From: Lingula anatina
Taxonomy: Eukaryota > Animalia > Brachiopoda
Length of the DNA stretch: 64,000 nt
Assembly: GCA_051362555.1 (NCBI GenBank)
Contig: CM120641.1
Span: forward strand, 19,468,001-19,532,000
Direction of reading: 5' to 3'
Shown here: positions 1 to 13,300 of the stretch, in pieces
How the letters are laid out: each line of letters opens with the position of its first letter
Position numbering within the stretch: the stretch's first letter is position 1
The notes under the pieces: model-generated
Seen by the model: the letters and a program-made list of their open reading frames with translations, nothing else
Database searches by the model: none
What the model was told of the DNA's origin: nothing
Position numbers and translations under genes: made by a program

Positions 1-704
1 ATCCATGTATTGTGACGACTGGGACAATTAATTGCAAGGGTGAACATTTTCCGTAATCTCATAGGTCAAAGAGCTTGAAAGTTTGATAAAAAAAAGATGA
101 AAACTTAGTTATTTAATTTTCACACTAATTTATTAAAATAGCAGATATATATACTGATTGAAGTTAGTGCATAACTTAAATTTGTTTAACATTAAAAAGA
201 GTTATTTGGGGAAACTACTGCAAAAGTGCCCAAATATGCCCCATCAGTATATTCACTTTCTCTAGTAATTCAAGTAAACAATGTGGCCATATTTTGTGGG
301 AAAAATATTGAAGCAGGAATTGCCCACTAGCATAGGGGGATGTGGATGGAAATTTTGAACCACAATACCGTCAGAAAATATCACCAATAAAAAGCTAATA
401 ATAGTTAACTGCCCTGGCTTTAAGGTGCTTTTGGAAACTGCTTTCCATGGCTTTTTCTACTAACAAAACGACAGACATGCTGTTAGTAAGGAGGTGATTT
501 TGTAATTTGTAATTGTATCTTCTGAACTCAGTAGCTAAAACTGTATATATAAATACATATATATATATAACATGCTACATATGTATCAGCATGCATGATT
601 TATCATTTTGATGATCATTTCAATATTTAGGAAAAGGACATATTCAACTTAAAAGTGTGTACACAAATGCAACTCCCAAAGCTTTTGTATCATCATGCAA
701 GCAC

Positions 705-3700
705 ATGATGGATGGGCCAGAAATTTGTGCAGTGCCTGGCAGGGTTTTGATGGATGAGAAGGTATGTGTACGTGTACCCCCACCCCTACTCCCGCCCTGC
801 CAAAAATGATAATAATAATAAAGCATGTACCATAGATTGTATAGTCCTGTGACCAGTCCTTAACTTCAGAAAATAAAGACCTAACAACAAAGTTTTTAGA
901 GAGAAGGCAACTTGTGTACAATGAGCTTTCAAAATATATTCTCAAAATCAACATTCACCCCCCCCCTTTTTTTTTTTTTACTAAATGATATTGTTAACCT
1001 CATAATTATCCCCTTTTCAACCATTTTTACCTGATTATCAATCTACAGGTACCTATTTTAACCGAAACTTTATTTGTCTAATCATGATATTATTTGTGCA
1101 GTGTAGGTTGAACTTCAAATCAAAGGTCTAAAATCTGGAGCTGCTGTTACAGTGAAGTCATTCCTGGAGGAGAAGGGGATGAAGTTTGGAGCTTATGCAC
1201 ATTTTATTGCCAACAGTAATGGAGAAGTGAACACTGCCACATCGCCATCTCTTGGTGGATCATATAAAGGTATAATAGCTGTCTATGATTAATGCAAGTA
1301 CCTTGAAGATGCATTGTCTTATTATTGTCATATAATTCAGTGAATTGCTCCATATAAGGCCATTTATACTAAAGGACTTACGGAACTTTGCACCAACTAT
1401 ATGTATGTTGTGCAGCACGTGTAAATCAAACTAAATTAATACATTTACATGTACATATAATGTTCCATTTGCCTCAATCCAGGGACAGATGCAATGGGAT
1501 TATATTGGAGTATGGTACCAGAGCCTGGTCAACGAAATGGACTGAGATTGATGAAGAAGGATGTTACAATACCCTATAATGTACATATATCATTGCTCAG
1601 TGGGCACATTGACCCATACTCTCCCAACAACAGCAAAGTCCAGGTCCCAGTAGCTGAGACTAATATTGAAAGACTTTATATGGCTGATAATGTGGAAAGA
1701 ATACCAGTTAGAGAAGGAGCTTTACGAGGAGCACTCTTTGTACCAAAAGGTTTGAATTATCCTTTTTTTGTCACAAAAATTGAGTTATTTCTATTCAGTC
1801 TTATTGAACTGTTAACACTTTTTTTTGTCATTTTTAACACAGACACATTTGCTGCACATATTGTGTCCACCTCCTGAGTCTGTCCACATTGCAGGAGCTG
1901 TTGCTCATTTTGTTATTTTTTTATTTGTCCTGCTAGGCCCTGGTGCTTTCCCAGGTGTGATGGACCTGTTTGGATCAGCAGGTGGCTTGATAGAACACAG
2001 AGCTGCACTGCTTGCGTCAAGGGGATTTGCTGTGTTAGCACTGGCATACTTTGCCTATGAAGACTTACCAGATACTTTTTTAGATGTAGACTTGACATAT
2101 TTTAAGGTATAGTACAACAGGTACACTTGATAGCTTTTACAGTCAGTTATTATGTGCATAAGATTAAATATTCACAATATTTTAACATAATTAATTAAGG
2201 ATAAATAAAAAAGGACATAAATATTTTCTATCAAAAAAAATATATATATAGTCCAATAATATTTTCCTGCCCACAGGAAGGTGCAGAATGGCTGAGTCGC
2301 CATCCAAGTGTGACTCCAGGTGGTATTGGAGTGATTGGAACATCTAAAGGTGCAGAAATTGCTCTGCTTATGGGCATACATTTTCCTCAGGTATGTATTT
2401 TAAAATATTGAAATAAGATTACTAATAGAGTGTGTGGTGGATCATAGGATGTAATTCCTCCCCCCCCCCCCTCATCTTGATATCCTCTGTCTGCCAGTGA
2501 TTGACATTAACTTGGGGATGCACTTTCTTCAGGTGTGCATTTACAGAAACTGAATTATATGAAGCCGTTTGTAACTTAATTTGGTTCTTTGACAACAAAT
2601 ATCTCCAGAGAGAAGAAAGAGGGGAGAGAGATTTCATGCAATGTATATGTATGACAAAGTATATTTATAGTGTTTGACATGTGCTTTTGAGCATTTTTGT
2701 ATGGATGCAAAGATATTTATGCATACCAGTACATGTGCATGCATGCATGCACACACATACGTATATATATATAGAGAGAGAGAGTTTGTTAAGCTGTTTT
2801 TATGGTTTCAGGTAATAAAGGCAGTTGTAAATGTCAGTGGTGCAGCATACCATGTTTTTCAGGCTATGAAGTTTGGGGATGAAATTGTTCAAGTTGTTGA
2901 GTGAGTTCTATTACTGTGCTACATTTATCAGTAGCCTGACCTTATTTGAAATTGAAAAAGTACTTGTATAGGCAAGAATGTGATTTAGTAATTTCATGTC
3001 AAAAAGATTCCTTAGGTATTTGAGTGCTTATTTATGCTTATTTTGATACTTAATTTTAGATAATATCTGCTTAAAAATTTTAATGAGATATACTAGTAGT
3101 CAATTTCATTGCCCATGTATATTTAACAATTAATATTGGCTAGAGATTGATATATACTAACTGCATGCATTGTAATAGTCGGCAAAGTTAAAAATGGTAA
3201 AAAAAAAGAAGAAAACACAAATGAAGGCTTAATGCTGTTACAATGTTTTTAGCTGTTACAATGTTTGAAGATTATTCATCTTTGAATGTTATAGAATTTG
3301 TTTTAGTCTTGAATAAGACAAAATTTAATTTTAGAAATTCTGCATTCCTGCTTTTTAGTCAAGATCTAACAAAGCTGACAGAGTGCGAAGATGGACTTTG
3401 TTTTAAAAACATTTTCCCCAAGGAAATAAAGGAAGAATGCATCATAAAGGTATATTCTATTATTATGAAGTTAGAATTATACATATACTATGATAAAAAG
3501 CATACTTATGTAGAAATTACTATCCAATAAAAAGTGTTCTTTAAATCATAATTAGAAATATTTTTTTCAAAAGGAAGGTGTTTTAGCCAAAGCAAATTTG
3601 GATAAAAAAATGGATGCAAATAATCAGATTTTTATTGTTCTGAATTTTTAAAAAGTTTATTGGGTTTTGCCATAATTGCTTGCTAACACTGCTGGTATGT

Positions 3701-4464
3701 TTGATAAATTTTCAATAATATAATCAATCTCTTTATCGTAGGTGGAACTTATAGAGGCCCCTCTGTTGTTATTTTTTGGTGAGGACGATCCTTCATTTGA
3801 TGCTCCCCAAAGTGCCCAAATATTTTCAAAACGTTTACATTGTTGTGGACACAAAGACTATGAGATCCATGTATATGATGGGGCAGGACATCTTATTGAA
3901 CCTCCTTATGCTCCACATTGTAAAGGATCTTACCACAAGTTCCTAGGTTTGTATGTATACATGAAATGTTATTGTAACTTTTCATACACTTATCAATGTG
4001 TAGTTGTAATCAGTTCTTTTTATGAGCAGGGAGACAGCATGTCTTTGGTCGTTAAGTAGACTTATTTGACTAAAAGCACCTGCACCTGTATTTGCCATAA
4101 GTGACGCTGTCGCTGTGCACTGAATTATTTTCTTAGTTTTAGTGTTTATTTTATTAATTTTGGTCGTGCATTTATAATGCTAATAGAAATTTCGGCCTTG
4201 GTGTCAAGACCCAAATTTTATTAATATAAATAATTTTTTGTATGCAACATTGTATCTTTAATGTTAGGAGTTAAATGTGAAATTTTAAAATTATTTTAAA
4301 TTATAAATTATTTAAAATTTAAAAATTGAAGTAGTTTCGGTGAACTAGTTTTGCTGGTGTAATTTAGCTTCATTTTTTTGCTTCAAATTTAAGGTATTAT
4401 AAAGGTTAAAAAATGATTATTCTGTTAACAAACAGAACAGGGTGATTGCACTGCATGCCCCTCC

Positions 4465-4523
<59 letters not shown>

Positions 4524-4691
4524 TTTTCTATTCAATTTAGCATCATTGCTATTAATATTTTGATTCCAGGAACTAATATGGCATGGGGAGGAGATGCACA
4601 GCCACATATTAAAGCTGAGGTCCATCACTGGAAGAGAACACTGGAATTCTTCAGAAAACATCTGTCTGGTCCTGTGTTCAGTAGATTATAG
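705..4691 (+). CDS. Acyl-CoA thioesterase / acyl-CoA:amino acid N-acyltransferase family protein (type I ACOT/BAAT/ACNAT), peroxisomal
   Basis: Hand-spliced GT-AG exons 705-761, 1107-1269, 1483-1749, 1937-2106, 2277-2390, 2812-2900, 3359-3449, 3742-3946, 4570-4691 give one frame of about 425 aa. Motifs: [44 protein letters not shown], nucleophile GTSKG (Ser), GEDD (Asp), [10 protein letters not shown] (His), WGG, C-terminal SRL. The frame is open upstream to an acceptor at 630/631, so the true start may lie outside the window. Confidence 0.93.
4463..4521. repeat. poly-C followed by (CA)n microsatellite
   Basis: Directly visible in the last intron of the thioesterase gene. Confidence 0.95.
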
Positions 4692-7082
4692 CAGAGCTGT
4701 ACATGTACTCAATAGTGCCATATTCTTCTGTCAGCTATATTCAACAGGTTGTTTTCAAGACATATTATGGTATTATGTAGATTTAAAGATTTTAGGAGTT
4801 TGTTTCCATATGTGCCAGATGTATATATTCAAGAAATGTAACTATGTTTACACTTAGTGAAGATTTTGAATCAAATATATACATATGTATATAATAGAGG
4901 ATACAAAACTAACATGTTAATAATTGCATAATTCTGTATCTTATAGAGAGCAAGTGATTATATAATGCATTTGTGAAATTAACAGATTTGAAAGTCTGGC
5001 AAATCCAGCATTTTGCAAAGGGGAGCACATTTTTTCCTTCCTAGCAACTATACTCATCTTTGCAAACTTAGAATAGTTTATGGGAAGCAGAGAAGGCCAT
5101 CGCATTTAAATGCTGTTTTTCTTGTTTATTATTATTATTATTATTATTATTATCAATCTGCTTTATTACTGTATACAGTTATATGAGAATCCCAAGATAA
5201 GTATTTAGCCACCACTGAGAATGAATGCTGTAAGTCTATATATAGAATGCAGATGTTTTTCCCTTGATTATGAAGATATTGACATTGTACAATATTTCAA
5301 GCCAACTCAGTTTTCTAGATTAATACAATTCAATATTCAAGATGGCTATCATTTTGTACTACAGTTAAATAACATCATATTGTTTGATCCAACAGAATGG
5401 AAAATATAAAATCAGATATGTGCTTTACAAAAGTCATACCTTTTAAAAGTATTATCTTCATGTAATTGCCAGAATCCCTCCTTGTTAAGTGTCAGCTATT
5501 CCAATAATCTAGTGTTAAGCACTGATAATTTTTTTTTATCTGGCGTTGGTGCAGGGGCATAGTTCGTTAAGCTTGTTGAGTAATGGGATAATATGAACCT
5601 TAACATGTTATTAAAGTGAAGCAAGGTAATGCACTTTTGTTTTGAAATGAAGTGATCAAGGATTCTTACAGCCCTTTGCGGTTCCTTGTATTGGAACACG
5701 ACTAATTTTCACAGCATTGGACAACGCACGCATTTTCCCGGTCAGTAAGCATAACGCTGTAGTGAACTAACAGCAAATCAGTAATATGTCAAGTTAAGGT
5801 AGTGTACAATGCGGTCACCTTTGTATTGGGGAGACATTATAAATTGCTGTGTAAACAGGATCACTTCGCAAAAGGTAAATGTTTTATACGATGACAAGGA
5901 AAGAACATGCATTGGCGCTCTAAAATTATGTCAATTAAAGGATTTTGAAAGACGTCTAATTTTTATGGTTTTCATGGTTTTATAGACGGAAATATTTCTT
6001 TGCACGACAAAATCAAAATCGGTATAAATTCTTGTCAAATTTTGTTTAAACGCTTATTTAGTTTGACGCCAAATCCATTCCATTGTTAATTTAATTTTTC
6101 CCAACGTTCCTGCAATTTTTGTCACATAAAATAAGTTCTGTTACCTTTAATCCACCAGCGCTTCAAACAGATTTTGACAGAATAGAGAATCATTCAATTT
6201 AGAAGTGTTAGCTGACTTTGGAACTTCAGTGGCCCGCGGTGTGAAGCGCGCATTATTTCTGTACCAGCTGACTGCCTGCATGACCTCGCCTTTACAACTA
6301 GCACCGTGAAAACATTTAACAAAAGCGCGTGTTGGTTTGACCTAATTTACGCGAAGTAGTGAATATACATGTTTATCGTTATTTGAGAGGGAAAATTCGA
6401 TATAAAGTTTTCGTATCTTGCAATGCATTCCGCCTTATTTAAGCGTTTACTTTATTTGATGTAATAAATATTTCTTGACAAATTTATTATTAGCTTATGA
6501 ATTATATCAAACTGTCGTTTCTTAAAAGATGAACTTTTCCTTTTGTTATTTTTTCATGTGGAGTAATACGTTGCATTTGGCGGACTTTTCGCAAGTTTCC
6601 ACGCGAGAATATCTTTCCATATTGTGCAAAAAAGCTACTTAAAAAAGAAACAATAATAAATATATATAAATGTTTATTAAATTTTTATAAATATTTTTTA
6701 TATATATATTACGTTAACATATAAAGATATTTGACACACCTGAGAATAGAGATTCATCTGAACTTTTAAGGCCGTCTGAATAACGTACAAACTTAACCAT
6801 TTAACAGGTTCAAAACCTTCGGATTTCTCTGAAAGTTTTTGATCTGCCTAGAGAAAAAGAGTACTTGTTTGCCTAGCAATTCAATTTCCAACCAGTTGGA
6901 AAGTTGAAAAATTATTTTTTAAAAAGTACCGAACTAGCCGGTTCAAGTATCGTTCTCAATAGAGAAGTCATAACTGACTGGAGATTTTACGACCACTGAT
7001 GGACGGAATACGGACCAATACTTTAAGTACCGATCAAAGTCAATAAATAATATTTTTAAAGTCTATAGCTTTGTTACAAAGT

Positions 7083-7800
7083 CTACTTTTTGGGCGCGGC
7101 CTTCTTTGGCTTCTTGGCTGCCTTTGGCTTCTTGGCTGCCTTTGGCTTGGCTGCCTTTGGTTTAGCTGCCTTGGGTTTCTTTGCCTTCTTGGCTTTGGGC
7201 TTCTTTGCCTTCTTGGCTTTGGGCTTCTTGGCCTTCTTGGCCTTGGGCTTCTTGGCCTTCTTTGCCTTCTTGGGTTTCTTTGCCTTCTTCACTTTCACGG
7301 CACCTGTAAAGATAAAAATGATTGGAAATTTTAAAATATTGTAGTTTAGGGTCTAATTGCAGCAACGAAATAAGTGCTTAAAGATTGATTCACAAAATAA
7401 TTGATATCTTATAATCCATGGATTTGAATTGGGTATAAAAATACTGATCAGAGTTTTCTATTGTAACTAAAATGTAAATATGAACATTTTACTCACCAAC
7501 TCTGAAGGATCCAGATGCACCGGTTCCTTTGGCCTGCTTCAGAGCACCGCTGGCGACACCACGCTTCAGGGCCAGTCTCAGCTGGGCGTTTACCATGGTG
7601 GTGTTCTTGCCAACATTGTAGGTCTTAAGGATGTACTTGAGGATGGCCTGGCGAGAAGAACCTCCACGCTCCTTCAAAGCAGTGATGGCTGCCCTAATCA
7701 TCTCAATGTAGGTTGGGTGGGCTGCAGGCTTCTTTGGCTTGCTTGCCCTCTTCTTTGGGCTGGCCTTCTTGGCCGGGGTAGCTTGTACTGCATCTGCCAT
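7083..7800 (-). CDS. H1: Histone H1 (H1.0/H5-like globular domain), two exons, 174 aa
   Basis: Exon 1 7800-7497 (MADAVQATPAKKASPKK...HPTYIEMIRAAITALKERGGSSRQAILKYI...ALKQAKGTGASGSFRV), donor GTGAGT, 193-bp intron, acceptor TTTACAG, exon 2 7303-7083 (GAVKVKKAKKPK...AAPKK, TAG). Winged-helix H15 motifs plus a Lys/Ala/Pro tail. Confidence 0.96.
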
Positions 7801-7952
7801 TTCGACTTATTGCTTCTAGATCTTGATTAAGAATCAGAATGCTTTGAAGTACGCGCTGGCCTCCAACTTATTGATTGCGCGCGGACGTCTTAGAACCTAC
7901 CTAAACAACTTTAGCCAGGTAGCTGAAAAATGGACACCTGTGCTTTCCTATT

Positions 7953-7959
7953 TGTGTTT
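7953..7959 (-). promoter_or_regulatory. H1 box (AC box, AAACACA) upstream of the H1 gene
   Basis: TGTGTTT on + reads AAACACA on the H1 strand, about 155 bp upstream of the ATG. This matches the known H1-gene promoter element, but a 7-mer could occur by chance. Confidence 0.55.
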
Positions 7960-10331
7960 GTTGCCTCAAAAAGACTTCTGATTATTCCTTATAATCTGCG
8001 ACGCTTACCCTTGTCATTATAATAAATGATAAACGAAATATGAAATTTTAGTTTAATATGTTTTTGGAGCCTGTGTGCCACCTGTATATGAAGCTGTGAC
8101 ATTTTTTACAAGAAACTTAGTGTTGCATTTTTTGCCATTCCTACATTCTAGATTGAAATAAATCAAACTCACAGAATCAAACTTGGTAAAAGTAATACAG
8201 ACTTTTAGTCTAATATCTCCGGTAGCACCATGCAAAAAATTGTGTTCCAAAGTTGTTTAGGAGTGAAGTTAAGAAGGAATGAATGAGACGACAACTAACA
8301 CACACTTCTGTCTGTAGTCAACGTCATTTAAGCGAACTGATCTAAATTGCAAGAAAAAGACACAAGTTTATACCGAAAGTTGCATTTTTATTACAACAGA
8401 CAACTAAAACAGATAACAAAGAAGGGGAATTGAAAATATAAAAACCAAAAATTTTTGCGTTTGTGTTTTAAAACAATTTTTTCACACTCTACACCTTGAA
8501 GCATTCATGTTTATTCTGGTTGCTAAGGTCGAGCAGTTTGATCAATAAGCTCATATGAGCAAATGGTACAAGTAACATGAATGAGATTCTCCATTAGACA
8601 TATGACTGGATATGAGAGAAATGATAGATGGTGGACTGTATAACTTTCACAGCCTCATAATTAACGAAATCGTCTTCATTTTACGAAGTAGACAACTGCG
8701 CAATTCAGAAATGAAAGGACTAAGTGCAATTCTAACTTAGAGATGAATGCTTTATTATAAAATTAAGCATTTGCTAATTTGTGGTATAAATTTATCTAAT
8801 ACTTTTAGGGATGTGAAAGTTTTACAGTGATTTATGCTAGTGAAATTTCTTATTTCATAATGATAGTTAAAAGAGTTCAGCTGTGAGCTAGCGCGCCGAC
8901 GAGGTAACGGTTCACCTTGGAAGGTATTGAATTCCGACCATTGAACTATTTGTTTACATTATGCTCGATCGTTTGAATCGCCTCTTTGCAGTACCAATCC
9001 AACATGATCGGTGAATAAATATTTGCATTACAAAGAGAACTGTGGGATAAAAGTGTTTGGTGAAAATTTCCCTCGTATTTCGAAATGAAAGGTTAAAATT
9101 GCGCCAAAACGGGACACATTCCGAAGGTACTGTACGTTACTGGAACAGCAAGCCCGGGAATAATAAAGGATGGGATGAATTCTTACTTGAGCAGCTACAC
9201 ACAGTAATTGCTATTAAGTTATTTAGATTACTTTTTATTAATGTTATTTCGGTTCATGTTTTCTCTTGTGGGTATTATACACCAAAGCCTAAGAATATCC
9301 CCAGTACTTCGAGTTAAAATCTGTATTTTGAAGATGGCATTATTTTTTTTTCTTTTTATACTTCATGGCTTACGCTATAATGTTCAGGTAATTCATCTAG
9401 TAAAAATATTTTTTCAATCATAATTATATTAATTATAGAAAGAATACTGCACACAGAAAACATATATGTCGATCTTGTAGGTTTATGTGGTACATGTAGT
9501 AGACGAATTATTGAGTATACAGGATATTGGCACCCCACCCTTACTTCAAGCAGTCGACAGTAATGAAGCACATCATATTTCAAAATACATTGTTATACCT
9601 GCAAGTAAAATTTTTCTCTTCTCTTGTTTTGCTCTTTTTGTGTGCTTCACAAATACGTGATATTAAAACGTGCTAGAATTAAACGTCCACGCCCCCCCCC
9701 CCCCACCCCAAATTGTAAATGCTCGTTTTGATATTCGAGTTGGGCCTGTAGCCAGTGAGTCCATGGAATCAGCACCAGAATTTCCGGTTAAAACACAGAC
9801 ATCTACACAACTTGAACCTGAATCCTGGAAAACTAAGAGATAAAGGGGGTAGGGGTGCATGTAGAAAGCTGTTGTGGTATCGCCCGTCAATATGCAGGTC
9901 CCCAACCAGGGAAGGTAGGTTTGAGAGAGAGGGGTCGAAAAAGCGGAAGAGGTCGGTTCCAATCAAAAATTGATCTAGGTCCTACGCCACTTTCCAAGTT
10001 GGGACAAATGCGTGGTTATAAAGGACCAGTTTTTCAGAGAAAGAGCCCCGCCCCCCACTCATTGCTTGCTACATGCCTGAAACAGCGATCTGACACACAC
10101 CTTGAAAACGGGTAGTGTGGTCCGATATACCGGTTAATTCAGGATCCTTAGGTGCCGAGTCTGGTAGTTGGGTAGGCCTGATATAAGTAGAACGTCAGAC
10201 ATATAAAATATAATTGTGAAATTAAAACTGATACGCTTGTCCCAATTTAAGCTCATTCACGCATTGATGTTTACCCTGCTCTGAAATCTATTTTGCTATG
10301 GCATTGTTCACAACTCATGTCAACAGTGAGT

Positions 10332-13300
10332 TCAGTTGCCATTTATGACAACACTTTGCGTGTTAGTTTCCAGTATACACTGACCGACAACGGCTATTAC
10401 TTTTCTCAGTCGTCTGTTTACAGCATGTAGGTGTTGCTCAGTTAAGACGGGATCAAGTGTATCTCTCCTCATAGAAAATTTTAGTTTACTTCCAAGTTCT
10501 AATTCATCTCTCTCTAGTGCTATCAGTCTTAGGTGAGTGGTTTCTCGGATAATGCAGCACTGGTATAAAGGGGCCAAAATTGTCATTTCGTCGTGTGTAC
10601 TTTTTCCAAAACTGAAAGCGAAAAAAAGTTTTCAACAAGTGTTTTTAAGCATGTTATAAATGTTGAGACTGTAACACAGCGGAACGTGAGTATTCAAAGA
10701 TAATGATGCTTTCTATTGAATTATTTTCAGCCCTGACAGTTTCTGAGTTACAGTTGTCTAAAAATGCAAAATAATTGTCTACTTATATATTCTTGCTTGA
10801 CCGCCAGCCTTTTTTTCCAGCTGAAGGCATTACCTCCAGCTGGTACAAAACTCAGGCCACCCTGACAGCTAACATAGGAATTACTTTTACCCTTTTGCTT
10901 GGTCGATGAGGAGAGGGAAAGAGTCGGTACCAAAGTTAGCAAATGTCTCATAGTGGTGTCTATCCATATTGCCTAAAAATGAATAATACCTTTTTCTGTC
11001 AATCATTTTTCTGCAAGCCTTTTCGCCGTATTTTGGTTTCTAGGGCGATTTGTTTTAAATTTTTCCATAAGAAACATGGAAAATCAACAAGGTTTTTAAA
11101 CAAACTGCAAATTATCATTTACCCTGTAGTCTACATTTTCCGTTTGTATTATATTATTTAAAAAATAAAGTACCTTATCCTATTGTTTTTACAGTTAACT
11201 TATTCTCTTAAAAACATTTCACATATCATTTAAATGCACGGCGACCCATACCTATTAAAAAATCAAGTACCGCCATGTCCACCAAGTCCAACAGCCTCTG
11301 TACTTGCGAATATGGGAACACTTTTGTTATATTCTGACAGTACTTATCGTAAACCTCCCACACAGCTTTAGTCTGATGCTTGCTGTAAGTTCTCCGCCAG
11401 GGGTGCAACCATGTGTGCCTAGGAGCCACGTGCAGCGGGGGAAGCATGGCCGCTAGGGACGCTTCGATGACGTCAGGGCGGCCGCAGACTGCGTGTGCAG
11501 AGTCACAATACATCGCACACTCTCCATGGAAGCACACGTTACCGGCTTTCATTTTAAACAAAGAATCCAATAAATGTATAAGTGTTCTATTTAGAACAAT
11601 AAAGCTGACAACGCAAATGAAAGCCCATTGTAATAGCATGGTCAACTTGAAGATTTACATCAAAATCTGATATTCTTAATAGCAACAAGTTATAATTGTC
11701 AATTAGAACTAATGCCCTCAATCATCAAGGAAGAAATCTCATACATATTATATATGAAACCCCATATGCCTGTGCTAATTCATAATTTTTACCTGGAGAA
11801 CTAAAAAAAGTCTGTATTAATTCTGCATTTTTTGTTCGTAACAAAACCTCTGCCGTGATGTTAAGCCTTCTCCCGGCAACTGGTGGCGCCCAGTGAAATC
11901 CAAGTAATCTGAAATTAAGGATCCGAGATCAGAGATGGACTCTCAGGGGAAGAGATCAGTGTACTGCCATACGCATTTACATTAAGGATAATTTCTATCA
12001 TTTTTAATTTAGTCAAGATTACTTTTGCAACGGGCGCCGTAAGAAATAAATCGTATACGGTTTTCCTTGTAATTTTTCTTTGACGTAAGTGGCCACGGTC
12101 TACGCGTCTTACGCTATTTGAACTACACCTTGATGCTAATTACAAAATGGGGTAGGGGTAAGTCGGCGACTAGACCAATGCGGATTGTAGAACCTTCGGA
12201 TTGTTAGTGTGTACCCGAAATAACCGACATGTTGTGAAATGCATCAATAAACTATTAAACTGAATAAACCACCACAGGGGCGGATCCTGGATTATTTGAA
12301 GGGGGGGGGGGGGGGGGGGGGGGCGGTTTCTAGGAATGACAGGCCGCGGATGCGAAGCCGACCAACCCCCACTCCCCTTAGTGTGGGGTTCGGGGCTCGT
12401 TAAAGGGGCCCAAAATTTTTTGATATTTTAGAGGGGGAAAGGTGCCATTTCGCACGGTTTAGAACTATGATTCAGTTAGTCAAAATTCTAATTTCAAGAG
12501 GGGACCATTGGTGTGATTTTTTTTCAGAAATCAAAGGGGGGGGGGGGGTCAGGACCCCCCCTGACACCCCCCTAAAACCGCCACTGCACCATGATCTAGT
12601 ATTTATTACTTCCGGGAAGGAAAAAATAGACACCAATACTGTAACTAATATAATTAAAATAATCAAAAAGGTGTTTTAAAGTACTCTTGATTCTCGTTTG
12701 ATGTTCATGATGAACTTGTTAATTGATTAAACCTTATTTTAAGAAATACATTCTGTTACACTTGCTCGCAGAAATTTCTTTCAATGTTATTATTTCTAAG
12801 TATCTCAATTTGGTTCAGAGAAAAGGAATTGAGAAAAAGTTTTTTATGCTATACCCTCAGAATATAAATTTTGGGCAAATTTACAAAGTTATATAAGAAT
12901 TATTCCACTTTTTAATTTTTATGTTCCGTTTTCAAAATGAAGTATTCATTTGAAGAATAGGTCGCCAAATTCAGGTCAATATATGATAGTTAAAACCAAA
13001 ACTAGTCAAAATGTACCCGTCCTATATTTAGAATTATAGGAAAATTATATCCATGAAACAAAACATTTTAATGCGAATTTTGTAAATTTATACAAATTTC
13101 ATTTATAAATATGGGTTGTTGGATTTTTTCTTTTTTTGTGTGTGTGTCTTAAAATGTTTTTAACTCCACTTAAATTCCACTTAAATTCCACTATTTACAA
13201 TATGCCAGGTGTATTAGTTATTACGTTTACAACTGTTTCAATATCAGTAACATAGAAAACCGTCAATCACAAAAACATTAAGGTATTATTTATCAGATTC

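Noticed and set aside
6755-6775. GAACTTTTAAGGCC resembling a histone 3' stem-loop
   Set aside because: On the wrong strand for the H1 gene, the stem does not pair properly, and it is about 310 bp from the stop.
7071-7830. Hydrophobic + strand ORFs (7071-7334, 7090-7344, 7480-7830) that look like membrane peptides
   Set aside because: Antisense shadows of the repetitive Lys/Ala/Pro codons and globular domain of histone H1.
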